64,000 bases of DNA from positions 1 to 64,000 of the forward strand of contig NZ_RSCL01000015.1 of NCBI RefSeq assembly GCF_003991905.1. Reading direction: 5' to 3'. Source of the DNA: Dulcicalothrix desertica PCC 7102 (GTDB taxonomy: Bacteria > Cyanobacteriota > Cyanobacteriia > Cyanobacteriales > Nostocaceae). The position numbers and the translations under genes are program-made. This document shows, one piece after another, positions 1-9,653 of this stretch. The notes beneath the pieces are model-generated. The model was not told the origin of the DNA and did no database searches. It worked only from the letters and a program-made list of their open reading frames with translations. The stretch's first letter is position 1; each line of letters starts with the position of its first letter.

Positions 1-250
1 TATTAGTATGTTTATTTACTAATGCCAGTACGTATTTATGTAATATTTTATGCGACATTCTGAAGTGCGGAATATGGGTTGTAACCTTCATAAAGTGCAA
101 ATGTCAGCTGTAACATGTTAAAAATTTTTTATAGTACTAATGAATTAAAATTACTTAAACAAACGGTTTATTTATTTTTGTGAATAATTGTAAAATATTG
201 TATATGGGTAATAATGCCCGATTTGACTATACTTATATAATTAATCACCT

Positions 251-700
251 ATGTCATCACTAAGTACAAAAACATCTGACTGGAAAATTAAGCTGTTATA
301 TGACGGTGAATGTCCCTTATGTGTACGCGAAGTCAACTTTTTAAAAAAGCGAGATGCTGGTAGAGGGTTAGTTGCTTTTGTAGATATTGCGGATGAAAAC
401 TATAACCCTTCGGCAAACGGTGGGGTTGACTTTGAAACTGCGATGGGTCGTATTCACGCAGTATTACCTGATGGAACACTAGTCAAAAATGTTGAAGTGT
501 TTCGCCGTATTTACGAAACTTTGGGGATGGGATGGGTTTATGCTGTAACGAAGTTGCCCGTTATCGGCGCCATAGCTGATTTTATATATGGTATTTGGGC
601 AGACTGGCGCCTTGCTTTGACAGCAAGACCAAATTTGGCAACAGTTGTGCGAGAGCGTCAAGAGCGGGCAGAGTGTACAGAGCGCTGCCGCATTGATTGA
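251..700 (+). CDS. DCC1-like thiol-disulfide oxidoreductase family protein (DUF393)
   Basis: 149 aa; N-terminal YDGECPLC motif typical of the DUF393/DCC family; ATG start, clean ORF. Confidence 0.6.
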   Translation: MSSLSTKTSDWKIKLLYDGECPLCVREVNFLKKRDAGRGLVAFVDIADENYNPSANGGVDFETAMGRIHAVLPDGTLVKNVEVFRRIYETLGMGWVYAVTKLPVIGAIADFIYGIWADWRLALTARPNLATVVRERQERAECTERCRID

Positions 701-710
701 TTAGTGTAAG

Positions 711-817
711 AGTGGGATGGGCATCTTGTGGGATGGGCATCTTGTGGGATGGGCATCCTTGCCCGTCCCTACAATATTAAACATGATAAACGGGCAGGGA
801 TGCCCGTTCCACAAGAG
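711..817. repeat. Palindromic MITE-like dispersed repeat (full copy) with internal 16-bp tandem (GGGATGGGCATCTTGT x2.5); core arms CTTGTGGGATGGGCATCCTTGCCCGTCCC / GGGCAGGGATGCCCGTTCCACAAG
   Basis: Inverted repeat read directly; related copies at 12745-12834, 13751-13767, 23706-23735, 56791-56878. Confidence 0.7.
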
Positions 818-823
818 TGATTG

Positions 824-1858
824 TTATTGCCAAGATAAATTTAGAAAGTTTGCTAGCTTTAGAACAATTCTGGCGCCAACATTACCATCCCACTCAGCAT
901 CACCAACTTCGCACAAGTCAAAGCCAATAATTTTTCTACCACTGTTTACTAGTTCTCTAAATAAACAATAAGCTTGTTCTAGTTCTAAACCACCTGGTAC
1001 TGGTGTTCCTGTTTTTGAACAAAGTTTAGGGTCTAAACCGTCAACATCGAAGCTAATATGGACGTGTTGGGGTAGATTATTAATGATTTCTCGACATAAG
1101 TCTATCCAGGTGGCGCCAGAATATTGTCTTTGCTTGATTAGTGAGTCGTAGTAGGCGACTATACGATTGTTTGAGTTGTTAATGAAATCAACTTCTTCAT
1201 GACAAATATCGCGTAAAGCTACTTGAACTAACTTAGAGATTTGCGGAATTTTCATGGCGTTAAACATAATTGACGCATGAGAATATTTAAATCCCTCATA
1301 TGCATCACGTAAGTCAGCATGTGCGTCAATATGTAAAATTCCAAAATCAGGATACTTTGCTGCTAATGCTTGGAAGTAACCTAGTGGAACACTGTGGTCT
1401 CCACCGATAACACCAACTCGCTTACCTTTATTGAGTGCTTCTTGACAGTTTTCAAATAACCATTGATTTACATTGGCGCCTGCCTGGTTAATTTCTGTAA
1501 CAACAGGTGTTAAGTCTGGTGTTTCTGTGAGTGACTTACCTTGTTCTAATCTTTCAATAATGGATGCTGCGCGCGTGCGGTAATATTCGTTTTTTTCCAA
1601 TATATCTTGGGGAATCTCTTGCATAAAAATTCCCTGTTTCCACCCATCAGGATTATCAAAATCAAACAAATCTAACTGGGGTGATGCTTCTAAAACTCTT
1701 TGTGGTCCTGAAGCTGTGCCGGCGCCGTAAGATACAGTTACCTCCCACGGAACCCCAAAAACAATCAAATTCGCCGACTCATAATCGAATGGTAAACCAA
1801 AAAGATTCCCATTCGCTTGGCCTACTCCACTAGGGTTGTAGTCTTGGAGATTACCCAT
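824..1858 (-). CDS. Arginase-family ureohydrolase (agmatinase/guanidino-acid hydrolase-like)
   Basis: 344 aa; Mn-binding motifs GGDHSV and DAHADL characteristic of the arginase/agmatinase fold. Confidence 0.7.
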   Translation of the reverse strand: MGNLQDYNPSGVGQANGNLFGLPFDYESANLIVFGVPWEVTVSYGAGTASGPQRVLEASPQLDLFDFDNPDGWKQGIFMQEIPQDILEKNEYYRTRAASIIERLEQGKSLTETPDLTPVVTEINQAGANVNQWLFENCQEALNKGKRVGVIGGDHSVPLGYFQALAAKYPDFGILHIDAHADLRDAYEGFKYSHASIMFNAMKIPQISKLVQVALRDICHEEVDFINNSNNRIVAYYDSLIKQRQYSGATWIDLCREIINNLPQHVHISFDVDGLDPKLCSKTGTPVPGGLELEQAYCLFRELVNSGRKIIGFDLCEVGDAEWDGNVGARIVLKLANFLNLSWQ

Positions 1859-1954
1859 AATACGCTTCCAGCATTCTGAACTAAACCATTACTATGTTAA
1901 AGGTTTAACGTAGAAAGGGTTATTATATAGAGTGTGTGTACCAGCGTGTAACTT

Positions 1955-2704
1955 ATGGTTCTACAAGCTCCACCCCAGAAGAAACAGCCAAGCATCACTT
2001 GGGAAGCACTTCCTCCCGACTTTGCTCTACCAGATGACCCTGTGGAAAACATTCAACAACCCCCTCTCGCTGCTGGACTTACTGATGCGTTAGGTGCAGC
2101 TGGACGTATTCAACCGCAGATGCTAATTGGTTCCAATTTTGGGCTGGTTGCAAACGTTAACAAAAAAACAGTTGTAAAAGCACCAGATTGGTTTTATGTG
2201 CCAAATGTGCAACCTGTGGCATCCGATGTAATTCGTCGTAGCTACACTCAGAATTTAGAGGGCGACCCCATTGCAGTTGTAATGGAATTTCTCTCGAATG
2301 AAGATAATGGAGAACTTTCTGTACGTGCGACTCCACCATATGGAAAACTTTACTTTTACGAACAAGTTCTCGCTGTTCCCACATATGTAACTTATGACCC
2401 TTACGAACTAATTTTAGAAGTACGGCGCCTGCAAAATAAACAGTACGTACTACAGCAACCATCCGAGCAGGGGCGCCACTGGATTGCTGAGTTAGAGTTA
2501 TTTCTAGGAATTTGGCAAGGTGAGCGACTGTGCCAAACAATGAATTGGCTACGATGGTGGGATGCAGATGGCAATATGTTGTTATGGAGTAGCGAGCAAG
2601 CTGTCCAAGAACGTCAGCGCGCGGAGCAAGAACGCCAACGCGCGGACAAGCTAGCCGCAAAATTACGCGAATTAGGTTTAGACCCTGATGAAATAGGTTC
2701 ATAA
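1955..2704 (+). CDS. Uma2 family (DUF820) putative endonuclease
   Basis: 249 aa; PDWFYVPNV-type core and ERQRAEQERQRAD coiled C-terminal tail typical of cyanobacterial Uma2 proteins. Confidence 0.5.
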   Translation: MVLQAPPQKKQPSITWEALPPDFALPDDPVENIQQPPLAAGLTDALGAAGRIQPQMLIGSNFGLVANVNKKTVVKAPDWFYVPNVQPVASDVIRRSYTQNLEGDPIAVVMEFLSNEDNGELSVRATPPYGKLYFYEQVLAVPTYVTYDPYELILEVRRLQNKQYVLQQPSEQGRHWIAELELFLGIWQGERLCQTMNWLRWWDADGNMLLWSSEQAVQERQRAEQERQRADKLAAKLRELGLDPDEIGS

Positions 2705-2762
2705 TTATGGCGCCTCTTAAATAATTAGGAGGCGCACACAAGTTTATTTATAAAGTAAACAT

Positions 2763-2797
2763 TAATATCCGTAGGTTGGGTGGAGGCTTTGCGGAAC
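2763..2797. repeat. Short hairpin repeat GTTGGGTGGAGGCTTTGCGGAACCCAAC (second copy at 12701-12728)
   Basis: 8-bp inverted arms GTTGGGT/ACCCAAC; identical sequence immediately after the leuC stop. Confidence 0.6.
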
Positions 2798-3334
2798 CCA
2801 ACTAATATAACTATTTTTTATTGTATAAAACTTACCTTATAAATAGTATTTATCTTATATCTCAAAATTTTAATCTGTAATCGACTATTTATACTTGTAT
2901 TTTTAACATCGCAATTTAACTAAAATAGTCAAATTTTAAGAATAATTTATATTAAATATAAATCCAAAATAATAATTCAAAAATTATTGGTACAAACTCA
3001 TGCTTATAATGGTACAGTGATGGTACTAAAAAATCTTTGGAAAGGTTATATTCCCGTCGATTTTTGGTATTGTACCACGGTACCGTACCACTATTTTTAT
3101 GGTAAAAACAAGAGTTTTAGTTAGTTTCAAAAAGATGTTGAGTCATATTATTAAGCTATTATTGACAAATAATTTTATGTTAGTACCAATAATTTTTGAT
3201 TTGGTACTATATTTAATAGCTAACTTTAAGTTTATAAGTTTTAATATATACAAGTAGTAGGCAGTGGGATTCAGAAACAACCCACTGTAAAATGTATTTA
3301 GCAGTACTTAAAAACTATTACGAAATCTTTAGCA

Positions 3335-4159
3335 TCAATATTGGTTCGGACTACTAGTTTTTCCCAGCATGATACTTTCTACTAGAGACCTCCATAACTG
3401 ATCAGGTAATATGGTATGTAAGAAAAATATTGCTTCACCGTAAGGGGAATAACGTAGTTTACCTGATTTATCGTTTGCTGCTCTATATATAACTTTGGCG
3501 ACTCCTTCAGGTTTTGCTAGGGAGTCATTTATCATATCCATGAAGTTTCTGACATGATTTTCCATCTCAGTATAAGCTGGGTGAGGCGCCCATAATGCTC
3601 CATGATTAATAAAATTTGTTTTAATTCCACCAGGTTCAATAATTTTGACACGAATGTTAAAGCGACGCAGTTCGTAACGCATAGCTTCTGAAAGTCCTTC
3701 TACTGCCCATTTTGTTGCATGGTAAGAAGACGTAAACGGAAAACCTATACGCCCACCTATCGATGCAACATTAATAATTGTGCCCCCACCAGATGAGCGG
3801 AAGATTGGCAGGATTGTTTGAATAGTTGATACAAGTCCGAAAAAGTTGGTTTGAAATTGCTGGTGTAATTGCTCTGGTGTGACACCCTCGACTGAACCCA
3901 TGAGCGCATACCCAGCATTATTAATCAATACGTCTATACTGCCAAAGTATTCTAAGGTTTCATGGATTGCGGATGTAATTGTCTCTGGTTTGGTTACATC
4001 AAGTTGAGGACAAATAACTTTGTTTGTTTTCGTCCAATCAAGTGCTTTATTTGGTGTTCGCATTGTGGCTGCAACATTCCAACCTTTTTGGATAAAATAT
4101 TTTCCTGTTGCTTCGCCAATACCACTTGAGGCGCCTGTTATCAAAACTGTCTTACTCAT
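3335..4159 (-). CDS. SDR family short-chain dehydrogenase/reductase
   Basis: 274 aa; TGASSGIGEA Rossmann motif, YxxxK region (SSYHATKWAVEG). Confidence 0.85.
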   Translation of the reverse strand: MSKTVLITGASSGIGEATGKYFIQKGWNVAATMRTPNKALDWTKTNKVICPQLDVTKPETITSAIHETLEYFGSIDVLINNAGYALMGSVEGVTPEQLHQQFQTNFFGLVSTIQTILPIFRSSGGGTIINVASIGGRIGFPFTSSYHATKWAVEGLSEAMRYELRRFNIRVKIIEPGGIKTNFINHGALWAPHPAYTEMENHVRNFMDMINDSLAKPEGVAKVIYRAANDKSGKLRYSPYGEAIFFLHTILPDQLWRSLVESIMLGKTSSPNQY

Positions 4160-4252
4160 TGCTTGCTTCCAAATGTCGTTATGAAGCAGCGTAAACTATG
4201 GAGTATACTCCACAGTCAAGTGGTATTTATTCAAAATTTTTTGGTTACTGTA

Positions 4253-4609
4253 ATGCTAATTGGTCAACTATCGAAGAAAACTGGTTTGTCGAAGGACACT
4301 ATCCGCTTTTATGAAAAAATCGGGCTAATCACTGCAACTGACAAGCAAGCAGGAACCAGAATTTATAAAGAGTATGACGAAGAGATGGTAGAACGTCTTT
4401 CGATGATTAATCAAGGTAAGGGGTTAGGTTTTACTCTCGGCGAAATGAAGCAATTGCTCGACGAATGGGGAAATGGCTCTATTCCTAAAAGCGAACAAAT
4501 ACGAATCATTGAGCGTAAACTCGAAGAAGTTGCGACTAAGATGCAACAACTTCATCAAGTGGAAAATTATCTAATAAATAAGTTAGGCAAATTGAAAGAT
4601 GATTTCTAA
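4253..4609 (+). CDS. MerR family transcriptional regulator
   Basis: N-terminal HTH LIGQLSKKTGLSKDTIRFYEKIGLI; the track ORF begins at an upstream TTG, the first ATG is at 4253; divergent from the SDR gene. Confidence 0.7.
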   Translation: MLIGQLSKKTGLSKDTIRFYEKIGLITATDKQAGTRIYKEYDEEMVERLSMINQGKGLGFTLGEMKQLLDEWGNGSIPKSEQIRIIERKLEEVATKMQQLHQVENYLINKLGKLKDDF

Positions 4610-4670
4610 AAATAGGTGTTGCATTCAGAGGTGCCTTCTGTTTCTAACACTTGATGATTTGCAATAATTA

Positions 4671-4822
4671 GAGATGCTTCGTACCTCAGCATGACAGGAG
4701 GAGATGCTTCGTACCTCAGTATCACAGGAGATGCTTCGTACCTCAGTATCACAGGAGATGCTTCGTACCTCAGTATCACAGGAGATGCTTCGTACCTCAG
4801 TATCACAGAGGATGCTTTGTTT
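4671..4822. repeat. Tandem repeat, 27-bp unit GGAGATGCTTCGTACCTCAGTATCACA, about 5.5 copies
   Basis: Read directly; it generates the artefactual repetitive ORFs at 4606-4873 on both strands. Confidence 0.9.
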
Positions 4823-4979
4823 TTTAGCATGATGTGGTTGGCGCCTCACAAATTTTTGTGTTACAGTGTGTAGTAAGGCAGTAATACAAAGCGATGCTAT
4901 GGTTTGGGTTCTGTATGCCCAACTGGTGCGCTCTTAAGATTTAATTGTGCGTATGCCGCATTATTGTAGCTGTCTTATC

Positions 4980-5052
4980 GTGTGATTAGCTCAGTTGGCA
5001 GAGCATCCGAAGAATCGGCTGGACGAAGGTTCGAGTCCTTTATCATACACCA
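4980..5052 (+). tRNA. tRNA-like gene with defective anticodon arm (possible tRNA pseudogene), CCA encoded
   Basis: Perfect 7-bp acceptor stem GTGTGAT/ATCATAC, D-arm GCTCAGTTGGCAGAGC, T-arm GAAGGTTCGAGTCCTTT, ACCA 3' end. Only 20 nt lie between the D and T arms, with a 4-bp stem and 4-nt loop (CCGA-AGAA-TCGG), so no normal anticodon loop. Confidence 0.4.
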
Positions 5053-5125
5053 AAAAAGTTAGCTCATTAGGTAGAGCGGTCGGCGTTTAACCGATTGGTA
5101 GTAGGTTCGATTCCTACACTTTTAC
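5053..5125 (+). tRNA. tRNA-like gene abutting the previous one; anticodon loop CGTTTAA (TTT, Lys-like) but atypical (G33, A1:A72 mismatch, no CCA)
   Basis: D-arm GCTCATTAGGTAGAGC, anticodon stem GTCGG/CCGAT, T-arm GTAGGTTCGATTCCTAC; acceptor AAAAAGT/ACTTTTA has a first-pair mismatch. Confidence 0.35.
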
Positions 5126-5547
5126 CAACCCTGTCCGGGTCAAAAGACACTACTTTGAGGAAGTAGCTCCTACAAAAATGGAAAAAGGGAGAAATCCCAA
5201 AACGGTTCGATTCCGTTATTTTACAAACTCTGTGGTGCAGGTGCGCGTTTTTGCTTGTCATTCGTGGTGAGCTTTAATGCAACAGTGAAGGCGCCTGTGC
5301 GTTTACATTTTATCTGACTTGAGTATGCCCTTCATTTGTAACATCTAAGTTCTTTACAGAATTTGGAATTAGCAAATTGAACGGTATATGTGAGCGTTGT
5401 TTTCTTAACTGCCGAAAGGTACTTGAGTGACAATAATCTTAATCCAGTAGATAAATATGTATTTGTCCGCACCTTAACTGTAGACACTTGCACTTGCGGA
5501 GTTTATAATTATTTTTCATGTAGTATATATGCTACAAGTTATAAATT

Positions 5548-7128
5548 ATGGCTTTATTTAATTTTGACTGGGTAAAAATACCCAAATTATCTATCAATAT
5601 CACTATGTGGAAAACTTTTTATATCAAACCTAATGAGCTTGGAATTTTGTATCATCGCAGCGATTTTAAGAAAATTTTGCAGCCTGGTACTTATACTTAT
5701 TTTGGTAGTCACTGGCAAGTTAAAGCATATGACCTGAATGTGCCAGAAGCTAAGATTGAAAACTTAGAATTGTTGCTGCGAAACCACGGTTCTGAGTTGG
5801 AAGATTATCTATTAATTGTGCGAACTGCATTTAACCAAACTGCTTTGGTTCGTTTGGGTCAAAACTGGTTGAGCGTTGCACCAAATCAACTACGTGCGTT
5901 TTGGCGTGGTTTTATTGAAGTGGAAGCACATGTCTTTAATTTGGAGGAAAGCTTAGAGTTACCATCTGAGTTTGTTCAACAAACGCGCAGTCTGGTTTTG
6001 GGTGGAATTAGAAAGTTCCAAATTTCTGAGTCTGAGATTGGTTTATTGTATGTGCAAAATAACTTTGTTCGACCTTTAGAACCAGGTGAGTATGCATTTT
6101 GGACTTTTGATAGAGATGTGGCTGTTCGTACTCTTAGTCGAATTATCCCAAATCCAGATTTTCCTCTTGAAGATGTTTTGATTCAAAGACATCCTGATTT
6201 TGTTGCTGCTTATTGTGAGGTCGTGCAACTGCTGAGTACTGAAGTCGCTATTGTACGATATCAAGGTAAAGCTATTTCTATACTGGCGCCATCTAGTCGC
6301 AAGCTGTTTTGGCAAGGTGTGGAAGTTGAAGTTATTGATATCAGCACAGATGCTAAGTTATCACCTCGCTTGGTAGCTGAGTTAAACTCTGGTTTACCTG
6401 AAGTAACTTATCTTGCTTGCAAGAGTTTGCATTTATGCGAGGTTAAGGCACAGCACATTGGTCTACTATATATTAACCAAGAGTTCAAGAACGAACTTCA
6501 ACCGGGTGTCCACGCTTGGTGGATATTTGGACGGTCTTTCCAAACTGAAGTTTTTGACTTGCGTCAACAAGCAATGGAAGTATCGGGTCAAGATATCCTT
6601 TCTAAAGATAAAGTGCCTTTGCGGTTAAACTTGACGGCTGGTTATCGTATTCTAGACCCATTACGAGCAAAAAATGCTTTGTCAGATATAAGTAATTTCT
6701 TGTACAAAGAATTACAGTTTGCTTTACGCGGGGCTGTTGGTGAAAAGACTCTTGATGCTTTGCTCGAAGATAAAGGCGCCGTTGATACGAGTATTTCTGA
6801 GTACATTCGCGCGAAGACAGCAGAGTACGGAATTGAAGTTGCTTCTGTGGGAGTTAAGGATATTATTTTACCTGGTGAGATTAAGACTATTTTGAGTAAG
6901 GTAGTCGAAGCTGAAAAAGCTGCTCAAGCTAACGTAGTACGGCGCCGTGAAGAAACTGCCGCAACTCGTAGTATGTTAAATACCGCTAAAGTGATGGAAG
7001 ATAATCCTGTTGCTTTACGATTAAAGGAACTTGAAGTGCTAGAACGAATTGCCGAGAAAATTGAGAAAATTCAAGTAAACGGTAGCTTAGACAGCATTTT
7101 AACCGAGTTAATTAGCATTAATAGATAG
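5548..7128 (+). CDS. SPFH/band-7 (stomatin/prohibitin-like) domain protein with N-terminal triplicated repeat
   Basis: 526 aa; C-terminal SPFH region (GYRILDP...VVEAEKAAQANVVRRREETAAT...LRLKELEVLERIAE). Three N-terminal copies of about 35 aa (IGLLYxxxxFxxxLxPGxYxxW). Confidence 0.7.
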   Translation: MALFNFDWVKIPKLSINITMWKTFYIKPNELGILYHRSDFKKILQPGTYTYFGSHWQVKAYDLNVPEAKIENLELLLRNHGSELEDYLLIVRTAFNQTALVRLGQNWLSVAPNQLRAFWRGFIEVEAHVFNLEESLELPSEFVQQTRSLVLGGIRKFQISESEIGLLYVQNNFVRPLEPGEYAFWTFDRDVAVRTLSRIIPNPDFPLEDVLIQRHPDFVAAYCEVVQLLSTEVAIVRYQGKAISILAPSSRKLFWQGVEVEVIDISTDAKLSPRLVAELNSGLPEVTYLACKSLHLCEVKAQHIGLLYINQEFKNELQPGVHAWWIFGRSFQTEVFDLRQQAMEVSGQDILSKDKVPLRLNLTAGYRILDPLRAKNALSDISNFLYKELQFALRGAVGEKTLDALLEDKGAVDTSISEYIRAKTAEYGIEVASVGVKDIILPGEIKTILSKVVEAEKAAQANVVRRREETAATRSMLNTAKVMEDNPVALRLKELEVLERIAEKIEKIQVNGSLDSILTELISINR

Positions 7129-7210
7129 TAAAGTTTTGAGAGGTTGTATGGTGGGCAATGCCCACCTTACTGCACAGTTCGTATGCCTGTGCTATGAGTA
7201 ACGTAGGGTG

Positions 7211-9277
7211 TTAGTTTGTTTCTCCAAGTAAGATGAATGAAGTTTTTAGTTGTTTAATTACTTGCGTTGTAACTTCACTGACTGCTAATCCTCCAGCAGT
7301 ACGGTAGCGCACGGAACGCAAAATTACTATATCGGTATTTAATGCTTCTTGAGTAATTATTCTGGCTATATCATTACCTTTTACTGTTTTAATAATAGTG
7401 TTTATTTTTGATTGGTTTTTTGAGGCTATATCTAATATTTTTGATTCAAAAACTTCAACTTGAATTTGCGTTGTTTTTGGGTTACGAATGTGTAATAAAA
7501 TTATTTCTGCTTGATTTCCTTCTGCTAGTATTTGAGCAAACCTAATGGCGCCTGTTGTTTGAGATGTTAAATCTCCGACGGGTACGAGAATTTTTTTGAA
7601 CTCTGTTGGACTTTTTAAAAGACGAGTTACGGCAACTGGGCAGTGAGACGACCAAAAGATACTATCGATTATATTACCGAATACTTTTGCCTTTAAACCG
7701 ATGTTTTGTGACCAACCTAATATTAACAGGTTAGCGTCTTGCTCTCGACTAACACGACTAATACCTAAAGCTATATCATCATCTATCCGAATTGCTGGCG
7801 CCACTTCTATATCAAATTCTTTGCTTATATCTGTGGCTAAATCTAATCTTTCTCTAGCTTGTACAAGTTCCGTTTTCAATTGAGGATTATCCATTTGGAT
7901 ATGTCCTTTTGTTATTGCTAATGGCACCAGTCTTCCTGACTCATAACGAGCTAAAATTGCTGCCATTTCTAGTAAATAACGTTGGGTTTGCGGGTTATAA
8001 ATTGGAACTACTACAGTGAATGTTTGATGAATTGTATCTACCACATCATCGCGGTAATTACTCCACCAAGTTGAGAGAGGTTCAGAAGCTAAATCTGCTT
8101 GGGGAATAGTCAGGGAAGTGGCAGACCTCGCTGTTATTACTGGGCCAAGAATAGCTGTGATTAGCATTAAAACTATAACACTATTTAAAACACCACTATT
8201 AATTAGTCTTTCATTGTTGGCATTTACAGTTTCATAGGCAACTAATGCAGCAGCGAGTGTGGCAGCTACTTGTGGTAAAGATAATGACCACATTGTTAAT
8301 AGTTCTGCATTATTATAACGGTAAAAAACTTTAGCTAGATATGCGGCAATAAATTTACTACCTATTAAACCTATGACTATTGCTGCTGTTAAACCTATTG
8401 AGCTTAAAGTTTTAATAAATGCTGGTATATCAATTAGTAATCCCATGTCTATGAAAAAACAAGGGATAAATAATGCACTGCCAATAAACTCTATTTTCTC
8501 TTTGACTGGACTACGTCCTAAAACATCATTTACCGCTAAACCCGCTAAAAAGGCGCCAACTATTTTTTCTACTCCAATAAGTTGGGCACCTACCGATGCT
8601 AAAAACAATGCTAATAAAATGAATAAAAATTGGTTACTTTGCTCATCGCCTGTACGTTTAAAAAATTCTTTTCCTGCCCAATCAAATCCAAACAAAACAA
8701 TTACTGAATAAATAGCTAATCCACCCAGTAAAGTAATTAAACTCAAAGGTGTAAATTCTCCACCATGAATCCCTACACATACTGCTAGTACTAATAAAGC
8801 ACCTGTATCTGTAAAAATGGTGGCGCCGATAGTAACTGTTACCGCTTCATTTGCTACCACTCCTAAGCGACTGACGATTGGATATGCTAAAAGGGTATGT
8901 GAAGCTAGTAGAGAGCCAATTAAAACAGAGCTATTCCAACCAAAATTAAATATTCTACCAACTAAAATACCCGCAATCATTGGAACTATAAATGTTAAAA
9001 ATCCAAATCCTATCGAACGGTTTTTTGTTTTACGAAATTGTTCTAAGTCTATTTCTAACCCTGCCACGAACATTAAATATATTTTGCCAATTTCAGATAA
9101 TAATTTGATGCTTTCTGACTCAGGATTGAGAAGTTTTAATCCGCTATCACCTAAAAGTACACCTGCTACAAGCAAACCTACTAGTCCAGGCAGCTTTAGC
9201 CGCTCGAAGAGTGGTGGAATTGTAAATATTACTATTAAAAGAATGGTAAATGCAATGATTGGGCTATTTATAAGCAC
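7211..9277 (-). CDS. Cation:proton antiporter (CPA family Na+/H+ exchanger) fused to two C-terminal universal stress protein (UspA) domains
   Basis: 688 aa; 11-12 TM helices in the first 400 aa. Two USP-like alpha/beta modules (VVVPIYNPQTQRY... and ILVPVGDLTSQ...). Confidence 0.7.
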   Translation of the reverse strand: MLINSPIIAFTILLIVIFTIPPLFERLKLPGLVGLLVAGVLLGDSGLKLLNPESESIKLLSEIGKIYLMFVAGLEIDLEQFRKTKNRSIGFGFLTFIVPMIAGILVGRIFNFGWNSSVLIGSLLASHTLLAYPIVSRLGVVANEAVTVTIGATIFTDTGALLVLAVCVGIHGGEFTPLSLITLLGGLAIYSVIVLFGFDWAGKEFFKRTGDEQSNQFLFILLALFLASVGAQLIGVEKIVGAFLAGLAVNDVLGRSPVKEKIEFIGSALFIPCFFIDMGLLIDIPAFIKTLSSIGLTAAIVIGLIGSKFIAAYLAKVFYRYNNAELLTMWSLSLPQVAATLAAALVAYETVNANNERLINSGVLNSVIVLMLITAILGPVITARSATSLTIPQADLASEPLSTWWSNYRDDVVDTIHQTFTVVVPIYNPQTQRYLLEMAAILARYESGRLVPLAITKGHIQMDNPQLKTELVQARERLDLATDISKEFDIEVAPAIRIDDDIALGISRVSREQDANLLILGWSQNIGLKAKVFGNIIDSIFWSSHCPVAVTRLLKSPTEFKKILVPVGDLTSQTTGAIRFAQILAEGNQAEIILLHIRNPKTTQIQVEVFESKILDIASKNQSKINTIIKTVKGNDIARIITQEALNTDIVILRSVRYRTAGGLAVSEVTTQVIKQLKTSFILLGETN

Positions 9278-9577
9278 TTTGTGTATCCTTTTGATTAGTT
9301 TTTGACGAGTAAAAAAACAATTGCTAGTAGGATAAGGGTTATCTTCTATTTACAGTTCTACCTTTAGATGGGATTTTAATTATTCAATATTATCATTAAT
9401 TAACTTTGTGTATAAATTAGTTCTATTGTGGTAATAATAATGTTCAGTAGCGGAGCCACCTGGTTAAATTATCCAATACCTGAAGCTTTGATGATTTTGG
9501 TGATGTTAGGGGTAGGCGCCGTTTGCTGGATACGTAGGAATTTCTATGTCCTTTGGCTCGAATAGGCAAGACTGGCA

Positions 9578-9603
9578 ACGGATGTAACGGATGTAACGGA
9601 TAA
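9578..9603. repeat. Short tandem repeat (CGGATGTAA)n
   Basis: Read directly. Confidence 0.8.
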
Positions 9604-9653
9604 GTACTTGGTAACAACTGCAACAAAAATTGTAAATCAGCGTCTAAGCCTCT

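Noticed and set aside
2157-2741. 194-aa antisense ORF inside the Uma2 gene
   Set aside because: Fully nested antisense to a conserved-family gene; no independent support
3000-3210. Canonical NtcA site (GTAN8TAC) among the GGTAC repeats
   Set aside because: Spacing does not match (GTACAGTGATGGTAC gives GTA-N8-GTA); reported only as a motif cluster
4606-4873. Three 60-74-aa ORFs with internally repetitive peptides
   Set aside because: Artefacts of the 27-bp tandem repeat, which is open in all frames
5067-5261. 64-aa minus-strand ORF
   Set aside because: Overlaps the tRNA-like genes; it is a translation of the T-arm/acceptor sequence
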